Part shown: positions 1 through 12,329 of the stretch, piece by piece | How positions within the stretch are numbered: position 1 is the stretch's first letter | Layout of the letters: every line of letters begins with the position of its first letter | Source: Mobula hypostoma | Taxonomy: Eukaryota | DNA length: 64,000 nt | NCBI RefSeq assembly: GCF_963921235.1 | Contig: NC_086097.1 | Location: forward strand, 22,818,001-22,882,000 | Direction: 5' to 3' | Notes under the pieces: model-generated | Database searches by the model: none | What the model saw: the letters and a program-made list of their open reading frames with translations, nothing else | Told to the model about the DNA's origin: nothing | Translations under genes and position numbers: made by a program

Positions 1-192
1 TCCAGTCCCTAGTGTGCAATGTGGGTGGTTCACCCGGAATTGGAAGTAACATTGGTGACTGGGACACACACGCTTGTAGCAGGTTTAAGGCCCCGAGTAA
101 AATGGGTTCAGGCTGAAGCCATCATGACCCCCTCCTGTTAATAAATGTGCTAGCATTAAAACCCACACAAAGTTTGTCTTTTATCAAGAACA
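1..192 (+). repeat. 5' LTR (partial) of Gypsy element
   Basis: Aligns by eye with 2035-2223 (gtgcaatgtgggtggtt...ctcctgttaataaatgtgc...atcaagaaca); ends in CA directly before the PBS. Confidence 0.9.
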
Positions 193-205
193 TGGTGTCA
201 GAAGT
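193..205 (+). other. Primer-binding site, tRNA-Leu type
   Basis: TGGTGTCAGAAGT directly after LTR-terminal CA; complementary to the 3' end of tRNA-Leu (...ACTTCTGACACCA). Confidence 0.8.
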
Positions 206-634
206 TGGCATGAGGTCTAAATATGAGGTGTAACTGAATACCACGAGTGATTATGAAAGAGATGCTAGGTTCCAACGGAGAGAAGCTGCTGGCAAGAGAG
301 GAGCATCATGTTTGAAATATGCAAATTGTTTTCTTGTGAACAGAAACAAGGCATTAGCTTTCATTGATACTTAGCTGAGTTTGGAGATTGGAGAGACTTA
401 CTAGTCAGCAATAAAATAATTTGCGGCATCCCAGATAATGAACTTAGAGAACACCTGCTCTGTGAAAAACACTGGAAAAGGCTGTGGATATGTGCAGAGC
501 AGTGGAGACCACATGGGTGCAAGCTGAGGACCTGCACAGGGCAGAAACAATAGTGCATGCTGTGAAACCAGAGGGACAGAGCACAACACATTTCTCTAAG
601 CAACAGCATAGCAAGAGGTAGGCTCAATAATAAA

Positions 635-1228
635 TGCAGCAAATGTGGAGCTAGGTACATCTCGAAGAAGTGCCCTGCTTATGGAAAGTCCTGTGATAAG
701 TGTGGGAAGAAGAATCATTTTGCAAAGTGCTGCAAAGCTGGGGCTGCCAAGAGAAAAGTGCACAAGGTTGCTGAAGAAATTGAGAAAGTCTTTGTAGATT
801 CTCTACAGACAGCTGGTGCTGGTAAAATAGAATGGATTGTTCCAGTGATTGTGAATGAGGCAGTAATACCATTCAAGCTTGACTGCAGAACCATGGTAAA
901 TCTGTTATCTGTGGATGATTACAAGTCTCTCAAACTAAAGAGCAAGATTTTACTCAGTGAGGTTAAAAGTGACAGGCTATACTAGAGAGGACGTTCCAGT
1001 AAAAGGAGGCTGTATAGTGACTTTCAAGCACAAGGGGCAACACCTAAAGACACAGCTACTGTTTGTTGAAAAGCAAGTATAGCCAATATTAGGTCTAACT
1101 GCACATGAAAGGCTCAACCTGGTGGAAAAAGTTTTCGTAGTGGCTTCACAGACATAAGGTTACCAGGCAACACTCAAGATGGAGTACACAGATGTCTTCG
1201 ATGAGGGGCTTGGATGCTTACCTGGTGT
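635..1228 (+). pseudogene. gag zinc knuckles and aspartic protease remnant (frameshifted)
   Basis: Translates CSKCGARYISKKCPAYGKSCDKCGKKNHFAKCC (635-733); then IPFKLDCRTMVNLLS (decayed FKLDTGA), VKVTGY, PILGL and EYTDVFDEGLGCLPG. Confidence 0.85.
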
Positions 1229-1998
1229 AACTTGAGAAACTCATAACAGCATCCAGGAGAGATCCAGAGAGGTTATGCAAGAGAAGCACAAGAACTCCAC
1301 CTTCCACAGACATCTGTATCAGCTACACCAGCATGACAGTCTGGATGCCAGTGCTGAACAGAGAGACCACGAAGAAGTCACCAGTCTTGCTTCCACATCA
1401 TGCAGCTTTGATTCAAAATCTGTCTCTCATCATCTTCCAGATAAAGATTGGAAATCAAAATAAATATCTCCATGATCCTCTCTGAAGTCGAAGAGGAAAA
1501 ATAAAAAAAGAACATGGGGAGAACAACAGCAAAACTTCAACACAAATCAACAGGAGTTACTATGATATGCAGCCAAAAGGAGCTCTGTGAATTGAGACAA
1601 AATCAGCTGGAACTTGTGTAAAGACTAACTAATCATGTAGAGGTAGTTCAGGGCTCCATTATGAGGAACATGGAGTGAATTATCACACAGCAAGAACAAG
1701 AAGAGACAAACAGATAGGACCCTGACAGAAGGATGTAAAAGAGACAAACATGTTGACTGGGATTCTCAAAAGGACAGTGGTATTAATGCAACAAGTGAAA
1801 GCAAGGCATCTGTGGAAACAGATGGCAGTCCAAAAGGGATCATTAAGCCACCACAGAGATGGATTGAGAGTGTCTGAGTGAATAAGGGACTGTATTTCCT
1901 TATTACAATTGGTTAAATATCTTTGTTGGAAAGCATCATTGTGTCTTACAGGTTTATGAGGACATACTATTGTGTTTGTTTTCTTTAAAGGAGGAAGA

Positions 1999-2223
1999 TG
2001 TGTTATTATATGTGTACATAATAAAGAACTTATGTCACCAGGGTGCAATGTGGGTGGTTAACCAGGAACTGGAAGTGATGGTGGATAGGACACACACACT
2101 TGTGGTGCTAGGAAGGCCCGGAGTAAAATGTGGTTGAGCTGAAGGTATCATGACTGTCTCCTGTTAATAAATGTGCCTGCATTAAGACCCACTTAAAGTT
2201 TGTATTTTTTTAAATCAAGAACA
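1999..2223 (+). repeat. 3' LTR of Gypsy element
   Basis: Starts TGT after the PPT, contains AATAAA, ends ACA; homologous to 1-192. Confidence 0.9.
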
Positions 2224-2399
2224 GGCATAACGATTAGGACTGGAAAGGAAGGGGGAAAGAGGAAAACAGAAATAGCTTGTCTGATTTTTTACTTTAAGTA
2301 TTAGAGATAAAAAATGACCACAATCTGTTTTTGGGAAGATCTTTCTAATGACATGGAATGCTGGAATCCCCACAGATGACAACTGTTGTCATTGCACGT

Positions 2400-2590
2400 G
2401 TCAGAAAGGCTCAGAAGGTCGCTTGCATCGGTGATGTGCTGGGGGGAGCCCACAAGTGTCACCACACTTCCAGCGCCAACATAGCACGCCCACAACTGAC
2501 AAACCCTCACCTGTACGTCTTTGGAATCGGGGAAGAAACTGGTGTAGCCAGGGTCACAAACTCCTCACAGAAAGTTGCAGGATTCAAAGA
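2400..2590 (-). mobile_element. HE1-like V-SINE fragment
   Basis: Same sequence as copies at ~31050 and ~48830 (gtgctgggggcagccc...gccaacatagc); adjoins the reverse complement of the V-SINE core. Confidence 0.65.
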
Positions 2591-2599
2591 GAGTGTGAT

Positions 2600-3050
2600 G
2601 TGTGCCCCTGGTGAAGGACACACCAACAGTAGCTAGGGGGAACCAACCTGATTCTGGTACCGGTGGGCAGAGACTCCTCAGAGCCAACTGGGGCCAGACA
2701 AGGACCTTCCTCCTATTTTGGGAGGTCTCGCTACCAGTGTGTGCGGGGTTTTACCGAACGGTGTGGTCTGCAAGCGCCCTTAACCTGCCCCTCCCACTGC
2801 ATCTTCGGGTGGAACAACTGGGGGATCCTCTGAGACTCAGGGAGCACAGCCTCAGTGCCAGGGTGGAGCCCCCAGCTGCCATTGGCCAGAATTGACCACG
2901 TGGACCGGGCCCTTGTCAGTGCCATTGTGGAAACTCCGAGCAATACCGAGCTGAACCTGGAGCTGGAGCAAGGTCGGTTCCTGTTGCCGGAGAATGGACA
3001 CCAAGGTCCAACCCAGGAAAGTACCCTTGTCAAATTTCACCAAGAAACAA
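2600..3050 (+). mobile_element. GC-rich decayed element, possibly an L1/Tx1 ORF2 fragment
   Basis: Frameshifted QLGPDKDL...LPVCAGFYRTVW weakly resembles the Tx1 post-RT region; not secure. Confidence 0.25.
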
Positions 3051-4897
3051 TCAGATCAAACTACTTCAGGCAAAACTGGTCGGGATAACAAACGCCCATT
3101 GACACGCAGAAATGTCAACATTTAAAAATAGAGATAAATCAATGTAAAAACAAATTTAGTGGTGGAGGAGTGAACACTTGGATGCTGGGATGGATGGGAT
3201 AGGAATGGTCTGTGGTTTCTCAGCATCTCCATGACTCAGTTGACCCGTGGAGGGGAATGGTGGTGGCTGTTGAGTTAGCACAGAGGTGGATGGTATGGGA
3301 GACATTGAGGGACTGACCGGTTCGATTGCAGTCACAGTCTGCTGTCTCAGGATAGTATTGTGCACTGGACAATCACGGCATCATCGCTGGCTCATGCAGT
3401 GAAAGCCTCCATTTCCCTGTGTTCAGAAGATGCCACGGTTTCTAGCGGACTTGTCCCTCAGGAAGAAAGAGAAAGAGAATTCAGCAGTTTACATCTGGAC
3501 AACGGCAGAACTGTTTTCACTTAGGGTCACAGATTTACATCGCAGGAGTACCTGTCCACACCTTCACTACCCTGTCTACCTGTGTGGCCGCTTTCAGGGA
3601 ACTTTGTCTCTCTGCTTTACAGCCCTCCCCAAGCCCATTCATTCACTCTATATGTTCTGCTCTGGTTTAACTTCTGAAAATCTGTCATGTTGCACTTGTC
3701 GCTGTTAAGTTCCACCTGCCGTTCCTTGGCTCACTTTCCACTTTCCCAGCTGGCTTCCATCCCATTGTAACTTTAACTCTCACTTTCACCACACACCAGC
3801 TTAGGTGTCATCCACAGACTCCCTTATTAGGCCGCCTACATTCACCTCCAAATTGCTTACAGATGTGACAAACAACAGATTACAACAAGACAACTACAAG
3901 ACTGTTTACACTAAATGCAGCAGGTTCCCCAGTCGCCGGTTGGACTTTGGGCAGCATCTGACATCATTGAAGGGTCTTTATGAATCACCCTGGCTGGGTG
4001 AACTGGGAGCAGCTCCTAGCAACGGCCCAGGACAGTGGGCCATTGCTAAGGAGATTCAAGTTCCATTGTCATTCAACCATACATGAGCACTCATGACTAC
4101 AGCCAAATGAAACAGCGCTGCTTTGGGGCGAAGGTGGAAAAAAACACAGTGCCAACAGTCACACACAGCACAAAACACATATAGCACATATGAATGTTGC
4201 AGAGATTTTCAGTCAGACGCAGTACAGCTTATCTTCTGCTGAGTGAGCACTGGGTGGCACCACCGACTCCAGCATGGACCCCAGACCACACCACCTCCGA
4301 CACCTCTCTCCTGGGTGGCTGTCAACTGGCGTCACTGTGCCTTGAGGCCTAGTCCTCGTACAAATGAGCCCATGCAGCTCTTGGGCCCTATGCCCTGCCA
4401 GCTACCAATAAAACAGTGAATTGGGCTTGCAGCAATCACTGCTACAAACAATAATTTGCCATATTTACCCAGAGTAGACTCCAAATCTCAACGTCTAATC
4501 TATCATCCCTTTCAAAGAAAATCACTGTAATTGTCCCCTTAAGAAATGGAAGAAATCAGTACATTGTCTCGCAGTTACTGGAGTGCTTTTTCTCAGTGAG
4601 TCTCTTCATCTGCTTCAGGTTTCTTCCTTCCCCTTCAGAAATCTTCCCTATTCTCCGTGTCTGTCTCTCTTTACAGTTTCAATGTGAAAGGTTTAGTCCA
4701 GAGAAGTCAGTCAAGTGTATGATGAAGTCCCAGCAAGATCAGGATCTGGAATCTCAGAAAGAGGCCTTTTGGTCCATCCTGGTGCTGCTACAATCTGAAC
4801 ATCATGGCCCAAGGATCAGCAAAATTTGTAGCCCAGAAAAAGCATTTGAAAGCATCATGTCTGCACCAGCCATGCTGAGGGTGGTTCTTCCGGCTCT

Positions 4898-5262
4898 GGT
4901 CTTTTTCTTCTTCTCCGTCTTGTTTTACGACGGTTGGCACCCAGCTTTATGATGCATTACTGCCACCTTCTGCTCCAGAGTGTGCACTAGACTTACATTT
5001 TAAATCCCTTCACCCAATCACACGCACACACATACCCTAACCTACACTTTATCCTCCCATCTTTGGCCATCCTAGTACCCTATTCCTGCTTATCCGTCAT
5101 ATCCTTTAAAAAAACCCCTGTGCCCCTTAAGAAAGCTAAAAATACCCTAAGCTGTGCTCTCTCACCCATGCCATTTTAATGTGAGTTCCTGCACCTCAAT
5201 TCCCTTAGTTTAAGTCTCATTATCTCTCTCTGTATCCCATACTTTCTGCCTCTCGTCTCCTG
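4898..5262 (-). mobile_element. Nimb/I-clade LINE 3' end
   Basis: Minus strand ends GAAGGTGGCAGTAATGCATCATAAAGCTGGGTGCCAACCGTCGTAAAAC followed by an AAG-rich tail, the Nimb-type 3' signature. Confidence 0.6.
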
Positions 5263-6194
5263 GTGAACAGAGTTTAAATCCTGTATGATGCTGCATCTCA
5301 TTGTGATGTGTCCCACTGGTGTCACAGTGGGCCTTGTGATGTCAGTGTGTTTGACCTCTACCTAAGTGGTCACACCTCAGCTTCTCCGTATTGTGGATCA
5401 AAATCAGAATCAGGTTTAAAATCATGAGCATTTGTTGTTTTGCAGCAGCAATACGTTGCAACACATAATAAGAAATGTAAAAGTTACAATGAGAACTATA
5501 TATACAAACATTAAATTAAGTAGTGCAAAAGGAGCAAAAAAAGTGATGGGTTCATTGTTCATTTTGTTTTTATATTTGTACAGTTTGTCTTCTTTTTCAC
5601 ATTGGTTGTTCATCTGTCATTTTGTGTCTGTAGATTTGGTGGTGATATGTACTATATATACTTAGATAATAAATTTTATTTGAGCATTGAACACAGTGAA
5701 GTTACTGGTGACTGCCCCGGTCATCTCACACTTGAGACCCCTTGTGAGCACAGCCACGCTTCTGGGAGCTTCCTCTGATCACTGCTCCACACCTGGGATT
5801 CTGCCTTGAACACTCCCACTGTCCCACCAACATTCTTGCAAATGTCATGCAACTCCCAGTGATCACTTGCAAACTTTGTCCGTTCCAAGGGCATTGCCTG
5901 TAAATAGTGTCCTATTCATCAGTGCCATACTCCTGGGGCCTCCAGGGTACATTGTCACTCTTGGGTCAATGTAACATATGAATCTTCCTCCACTATTCCT
6001 ACTGCCTATTCTGAAAACAATTCCAGATTCTCCAAACCTCACATGAAACCAAAGTTCTTCGTCCATGGAATAATTTCAATAAAGTTTTTTTGCTCCCATT
6101 CCAGATCATAAATTTCTTTACTAAAGCATGGCCCCAGCAGAGAGGCGTTCCAGAATTCAGTAACCCAGGTTTCACCCTGAGCTTGGGTGCTCCC

Positions 6195-6390
6195 TGTTGG
6201 AGCTTGTGATTTCTCTCTGTGACCGCGTGAGTTTCCTCCATTTGCCCTGGAGTCCTCGCACACCCCAAAGCTGTGTGATTTGGGGTGTGCACCTCATGTG
6301 GGTGGTTGGCAGGAGAATAAATTGAAGGGTTATGTGAAAGGGAATAGGTTACAGGGAATAGAATTGCCTTCAAACCAGCATGGATCTAAC
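6195..6390 (+). mobile_element. HE1-like V-SINE fragment
   Basis: tctctctgtgaccgcgtgagtttcctcc core. Confidence 0.55.
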
Positions 6391-6391
6391 A

Positions 6392-6826
6392 CCATGAGAC
6401 CATAAGACGAAGGAGCAGAATTAGCCCTTTTGACCCTTTGAGTCTGCTCCACCATTCCATTATGGCTGCTTTATTATTCCTCTCAATCCCATTCTCCTTC
6501 CTTTTCACTGAAACCTTTGACACTCTTACCTGTCAAGAACCTATCAATCTCCATTTTAAATATACCAAATGACTTGACCTCCACTGCCATCCGTGTCATC
6601 AAATTGCACAGACTATCCACTCTCTGGCTAAAGAAAGTCCTCCTCACCTCTGTTCGAAAGAGAGACTCTTATTATTGTGAGGTTGTGCCCTCTGGTCCAA
6701 GACTTCCTCCACTATAAGAAACATCCTCTCCACATTCGCCATAGCCTTTCAATAGTCAACAGTTTTCAATGAGATTCCCCCCGCCCCCAGTCATCTAAAC
6801 ACCAGTGAGTACAAGTCCAGAGCTTT
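6392..6826 (-). mobile_element. CR1/HER1-type LINE 3' fragment
   Basis: Reverse of the CR1 3' tail (tctgctcct...tcttatggtc) and FFSQRVxxLWN-type coding remnant. Confidence 0.85.
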
Positions 6827-7180
6827 AGATAATCATTAATTTTAAGGGGGTAATTATAAAAATGGATAGGTCTGGTCCTCAGGTTGTGATTCTAAATTGG
6901 GCAAAGGTTAATTTTAATGGTACCAGAAAGGATCTGCAAGTACGGATTGGGCCATATGCCTTCTTAAGCATGTTATCGACCTGGGTAGCCACTTTCAGGG
7001 AGCTATGAACTTGCACACCAAGATCACTCTACTCAACTCATCAACCCATCAACCCTTTCAGGGGCTTCCCCTTAACAGTGTACGGTCTCCTGGCATTTGA
7101 TTGACCAATGTTCAACACTTCACATTTGGCTGAGTTAAACTCCATCTGCCATTCCTCTGCCCATATCTGCAACTGACATG

Positions 7181-7689
7181 CAGTACTGTGCAAAGTCATA
7201 GGCACATATATATAACTAAGGAGCCCAAGACTTTTGCACACTACCATATTTGCTAACGCGGAACAGAGAGCGAGTTTGTAAATCTGGTGAAAGCAAAGGA
7301 GGTTTGGAGTAGTGAGGGTGTTGGACAGATGACAGAAAAGGAGTACTGGGGCAGGAGTTGGGACAGGTGAAGACATACTCAGCCATGAGACACCAGGCAA
7401 GGTGATTTGATTCCAAACAATTGGTTTATTGATCAGTACAGAATGTCTCTATGATGCTTCCTGCTCCCTCCCCTCTCCCTTCCCCTTTTACTAACTATAA
7501 TTTCCTTCCCACTCTCAGTCCACAACAGAGACCCATCTGACAATCAAGTTTATCATCACTCACATATGTTATGAAATTTGTTTTTTTGTGGCAGCAGTAC
7601 AGTGCAATGCATAAAATTATTACAGTACTGTGCAAAAGTCTTAGGCACTCTAGCTATATATGTGTACCTAAGGCTTTGGTAGGGTACTG
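7181..7689. mobile_element. Composite non-autonomous Tc1/mariner-type element, copy 1
   Basis: Mini-MITEs at 7181-7246 and 7623-7689 (CAGTACTGTGCAAAAGTCTTAGGCAC ends) flank a cargo shared with 27268-27770; interrupts a CR1 fragment at a TA. Confidence 0.8.
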
Positions 7690-7852
7690 TATATCACTCA
7701 GTATCATTGGAAAACACGACCAGTTTTTGCATCATCAGCAAGCTAAGATGTTCTCATCCAAATCATTGATACATATGACAGACAACAAATTCCAGCCACT
7801 AATCCCTATTGGTTTCAGAATTCCAGTTAGTAAAACAGCCCTGCACCATGGG

Positions 7853-8510
7853 AGACACTAGAGGCTGCAGATGCTGGAACCTAGAAGAGCAATCTGCTGA
7901 AGCAACACACAGAAAATGCTGGAGGAACTCAGCAGGTCAGGCAGTGTCTATGGAAGGGAATAAACAGTCGACATTTGGGCTCGAGACCCTTCATTAGGAC
8001 TGGATAGGAAAGGGGATAAAGCCAGAATAAGTAACTGGGGGGGGGGTGCAGGATGGAATACAAGAGGAGAAGGCAGGTGCAGGGGGGCGTTGAAACAAGA
8101 AGCTGGAAGGGATAGGTGGAAAAGGGCTGAAGAAGAAGGAATCCAATAGGAGAGGAGAGTGGACCATGGTGCATAGAGGGGAAGGAGGAAGGGCACCAGA
8201 GGGAGGTTGCAAGCAAGTGAGGAGGAGAGAAGGGTTAAGAGGGGAACCAGAATAGAGAATGGAAAAAGAGAGAAGCAGGAGGGGGAATAAGTTACTGGAA
8301 ATTAGAGAAATTATGCCACCAGGTTGGAACTACCAAGGTGGAATATGAGGTGTGGCTTTTCCAACCTGAGAGTGAGAGTAGAAGAAGCCATTCACTGACT
8401 GGGAGAGGAGCTCAGATCAATAGCCTGCATCCAGATCTGAAATGTTGAAAATTCCTTTCCTCCCACAGATGCCACTCAACCCTCCTGACTTCCTTGAGCA
8501 TATTGTGTGT
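7853..8510 (-). mobile_element. Penelope-like element, family A, 3' part with decayed hammerhead cassette and inverted partial terminal repeat
   Basis: Minus-strand RLEKPHLIFHLGS (GIY-YIG C-terminus), pyrimidine-rich 3' UTR, cassette tccagtcctaatgaagggtctcgagcccaaatgtcgactg (7963-8002); inverted decayed copy at ~8417-8510. Confidence 0.8.
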
Positions 8511-9840
8511 GGAACCTTCCACCATTGTCTTCTGCCTCCTATTATCAAGCAATATTGAATCCAGTTTGTCAAAGCATCTTCGATTCCACGTGCTGTAACA
8601 TTTTGGATAGGCCTACTGTGCAGAATCATATCAAAAGCTTTGCTAAAGTTGATATACTGTATATCACACCTGCCACCTATCTTTCATTAATTTTCTCAGT
8701 CGTCTTCTCACAAAACTCGGTCAGATTTGTGAGGCAGGATTTCCCATGTACAATATCAGCCTCTCCAAGTAAATTCAGTTTGAGCTTTGAACTTCACTCT
8801 CTGCATCACTGATCTGATTCCACAACCCATTGACTCACTTTCAAGGACTGTACAATTCATGTTCTCTGTCTTATTTGTTTGTTTATTTATTTATTATTTT
8901 CTTTCTCATTTTTGAAATTTACACAATTTGTTGCCTTTTGCACATTGGTTGGTTGTCCGCCTGTGTTTGTGTACAGTGTTTTATTGATTTTATTGTGTTG
9001 CTTAGTATTTAAAGTGAATGCCCACAAGAAAATGAATCTCAGGACAGTATATGATGACATATGTACCCTTTGATAATGAATTAATTTTGAAATTTGAAGT
9101 GATCATACATCTAAGAACTCTTTTCCAAGTGCTGACTACGACCAGTGTAGCTTACTGACCGTATCCCTCCTGCCCTTACTGAATTCCATGCAGTGCAGCA
9201 GTTAGCATAATGCGATTACAGGCTCAATTCCACTGCAGTCTGTAACGAGTTTTGTGTTCTCCCTCGTGACCACATGGCCTTCCTTCTACATCCCAAAAGT
9301 GTGCAGGTTAGTCAGCTAATGGGTCACATGGGTGAAACTGGGTGGTGCAAAGGTTTTGGAGGTGCAAAGGTCTGGCAGACATTCCACTACCTTGCAGCTC
9401 ATCTTACTTAACCCTGGACCAAGATCTCACTGAGAGGCATTAGCCCACTGGCTCCCACCCTATCACTGACCTCACCATTTTCGGATATCACACACTGACT
9501 CTCTATCTTCCCCTCACCCTCTCTCCCCTCAACTCTCTTTCTTCTACAGTTCCACATCTCTTTCTGGATATAAAACTGTGTTTGAAATGAGGGTGACCAT
9601 AAAAGAAAACAACAGAAGAGGTTAGCTCCCCAAGAGCAAATATTGATGGACAGTAAGTGGCAGCATTGCCGGAGGTGCCCACATCTTGCCAATGAATGTT
9701 TAAGAAATTTAAAAGGTTGACTTCTATAGGACATTCATAATGTGTTTACTGCCAACACAGCCCACTCTAAAAAGTGGGGCTCTTAGCTTCGTATGTATGG
9801 TGTGACATCTTAAGGGCTATTCATAGAAGTATTACACACA

Positions 9841-10366
9841 AAAACATAGAGCATAGAACGGTACAGTGCAGTACAGGCCCTTCGGCCCACAATGTTGTGC
9901 CGACCTTTCAACCTACTCCAATATCAATCTAACCCTTCCCTCTCTCATAGCCCTCCATACTTCTTTCATCCATGTGCCTGAGTTTCTCGAATGTCTGTAA
10001 TGCATTTACTTCCACCACCACCTCCCACCACTCTCTGTGTAAAAGACCAACTTCTGTCATTCCCACCTGTACTTTCCTCCCAACACCTTAAAATTATGCC
10101 CTCTCATATTAGCCATTTCTGCTTTGGGAAAGAGGTCTCTGGCTGTCCACTCAATCTATGCTTCTTAACATCTTGTAAACCTCTATCAAGTCACCTTCTA
10201 TTCTCCTTTGTTCCAAAGGAAAAAAAACGCTAATTCATTCAACCTGTCCTTACAAGACATGCTCTTTAGTCCAAGCAGCATCCTGGTAAATCTCCTCTGC
10301 ACACTCTCTAAAGCTTCCATGGTCTTCCTATAATGAGGCAACCAGATCTGAACACAATAGTCTAAC
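9841..10366 (-). mobile_element. CR1/HER1-type LINE 3' fragment
   Basis: catagaac-type tail followed by tacaggcccttcggcccacaatgttgtgccg and decayed RT C-terminal coding. Confidence 0.85.
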
Positions 10367-10619
10367 ATTATGCATCCATTGTTGTTCTGCCATCATCCTT
10401 ACTAGTGTCCCACTCCAATCAACTTTGACCAGCTCCTCTCTCATGCCTCTGTAATTCCCTTTACTCCACTGTGATACTGATACATCTGACTTTCGCTTCT
10501 CTCTCTTAAACTGCAGGGTGAATTCTATTATATTATGATCACTGTCACAATACTAAACACCACTAGGACAGTCCAAAAGTTCCTAGTAATTGAGAAGTGA
10601 GTGTGCTTGATAATGCCTG

Positions 10620-11035
10620 TACTTCAGGTTTTACCGACTTGAGCTGAGAAATAACAAAAATGTAACAATAACAAATAAAAATAAATGAGCAAATAAATAA
10701 ATAAATATTATGAGAACATTCGTTTTTGAGTCCTTGAAAGTGTGGGCAACATTGTGGGCATAGGTTGTGCAATAGTTCAGAGATGAAGTGAGTGCAGTTA
10801 TCCGTCCTGATTCAGGAGCCTGATGGTTGAAGGGTAACATCTGTTCCTGAACCCGGTGATGTGGGACCTAAGGCTCCTGTACCTCCTTCCCAATCACATC
10901 ATCGATGGGAGATCATGGATGGAGAGGGCCCTTGATGATGGATCCAGCTTTCTTGTGGCAGCACTCTTTGTAGATGCGCTCGATGGTGGGGAAGGCTTTT
11001 TGTGTGATGTGCTGAGCTGTATCCAGCGCTTTTTT
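10620..11035 (-). mobile_element. Rex1/Babar-type LINE 3' fragment
   Basis: ctgttcctgaacc...ctcctgtacctccttcc (reverse of LPSGRRYRSL...RFRNSF motif). Confidence 0.75.
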
Positions 11036-11599
11036 ATGTTCTTGTCAATGTGTTATGAAAATGATGATATTCCTCAAACACAATTAGAGAAGAAAATCTC
11101 TGAATTAAATTAATGCGGAAATAACTAGAAAAATGATGCAAAGTATCTGAGGAAAATGAAATATTCCACAGGATGCTTTCCGCTCCTCCCCTCCCTTTGT
11201 AATAACCATCGCAGACCCTGTCAAAGTGCTCTTTACCTTACTGAGAAATTGTATTGATCCAACCATTCTAATAATTCAGACTGAGGCATGACACATATTG
11301 AACAAGCTTCTGTCTTTTCTTATGGAGCCTATTATGTTTTATTAGGTTATTTGCAGTATTGTATTTTTGTCCCTGCTCTTAACAATATCTTAAAGATCTC
11401 TTAAATCACTGAAATGGCTTTCAATTTTAGTCAAGTAAGGAAGAGAAAAAGATTGCAGTGAGCATAGAGAGAAAACTGGTTTTCCAAATGGAATGAAAAT
11501 TTTACCAGATATTCCCCTCAGGAACGCACATTGAAATGAATTGGATCAGTACCATGCAAAGCACTTAACATGCACGTACGAAGAAACACGTTGGTTTTA

Positions 11600-11770
11600 A
11601 ATCACAAGAAATTCCGCAGATACTGGAACTCCAGAGTCTATGAAAATCAGTCTGTGCCCCTGATGAAGTCTCTTGGCCCGAAACGTTGTCTTGGCCTGAA
11701 ATGTTGAATGTTTATTCCTCTCCCTGGATTCTTCCCAACCTGCTGAGTTCCTCCAGCATTTTGTGTGTGA
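11600..11770 (+). mobile_element. Penelope family A terminal cassette with short inverted partner
   Basis: cctgatgaagtctcttggcccgaaacgtt...ctgctgagttcctccagcattttgtgtgt, preceded by an inverted fragment at 11600-11638. Confidence 0.75.
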
Positions 11771-12329
11771 CTTTGTATTGATTGTGATTTTGCTCTTCCT
11801 GACAGCAGTAATTTTAGATATCCCTCTCCTCTCAAATAATAATTCTAATATGAGACTGACAAGGTTCTAGTTCCCAACAGTTGAGGACCAAGAGCTTCCT
11901 TGCAAAACCCTAACAGTTGCTGCAGCTGGTGACTTGAAACTCCAGGAAGACTTTGTCTTCAGCTTAATCAAGCTCAGATTCCTCGAAGGTCAAGTGCTGA
12001 TTCCATTTCAGCAACATGGATATAACTATGCTTTCTGATTGATGTCAGGTGTCCAAAGAAAACGATTTGAGCTTTTTGGTGGAAGCTTACATGTTATCCA
12101 TCTGCTATTAACATTTTGATTACTTGACAACTTCGACAAAAACCTTCAAAAGCTGAAAACAATATTGGAGGGGATTTAATTTTTGATTTTGCTTTACTTT
12201 TATGAAGAGCATGAATAAGAAATCTGGGTGTGATTGTGTGCAATCATTTTCTGACACTATTACTAAAAGGTTTAGTTAAAGAGACTGCAATTCTTTGACT
12301 ATCTTTTGGAACCAATCAAACTTTGTTAT

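Larger units (their letters stand above)
1..2223 (+). mobile_element. Internally deleted, degenerate Gypsy (Ty3/Mag-like) LTR retrotransposon provirus
   Basis: Two homologous LTRs (1-192, cut by window start; 1999-2223, TGT...ACA), PBS at 193, polypurine tract AAAGGAGGAAGA at 1987-1998, gag Cys/His knuckles and protease remnant; no recognisable RT, RNase H or integrase core. Confidence 0.9.

Noticed and set aside
4677..4800. Strong acceptor tctctctttacag with an open frame
   Set aside because: No convincing donor and no recognisable protein
12090..12152. Minus-strand exon candidate between ttttcag and gtaag
   Set aside because: Stop codons in all three frames
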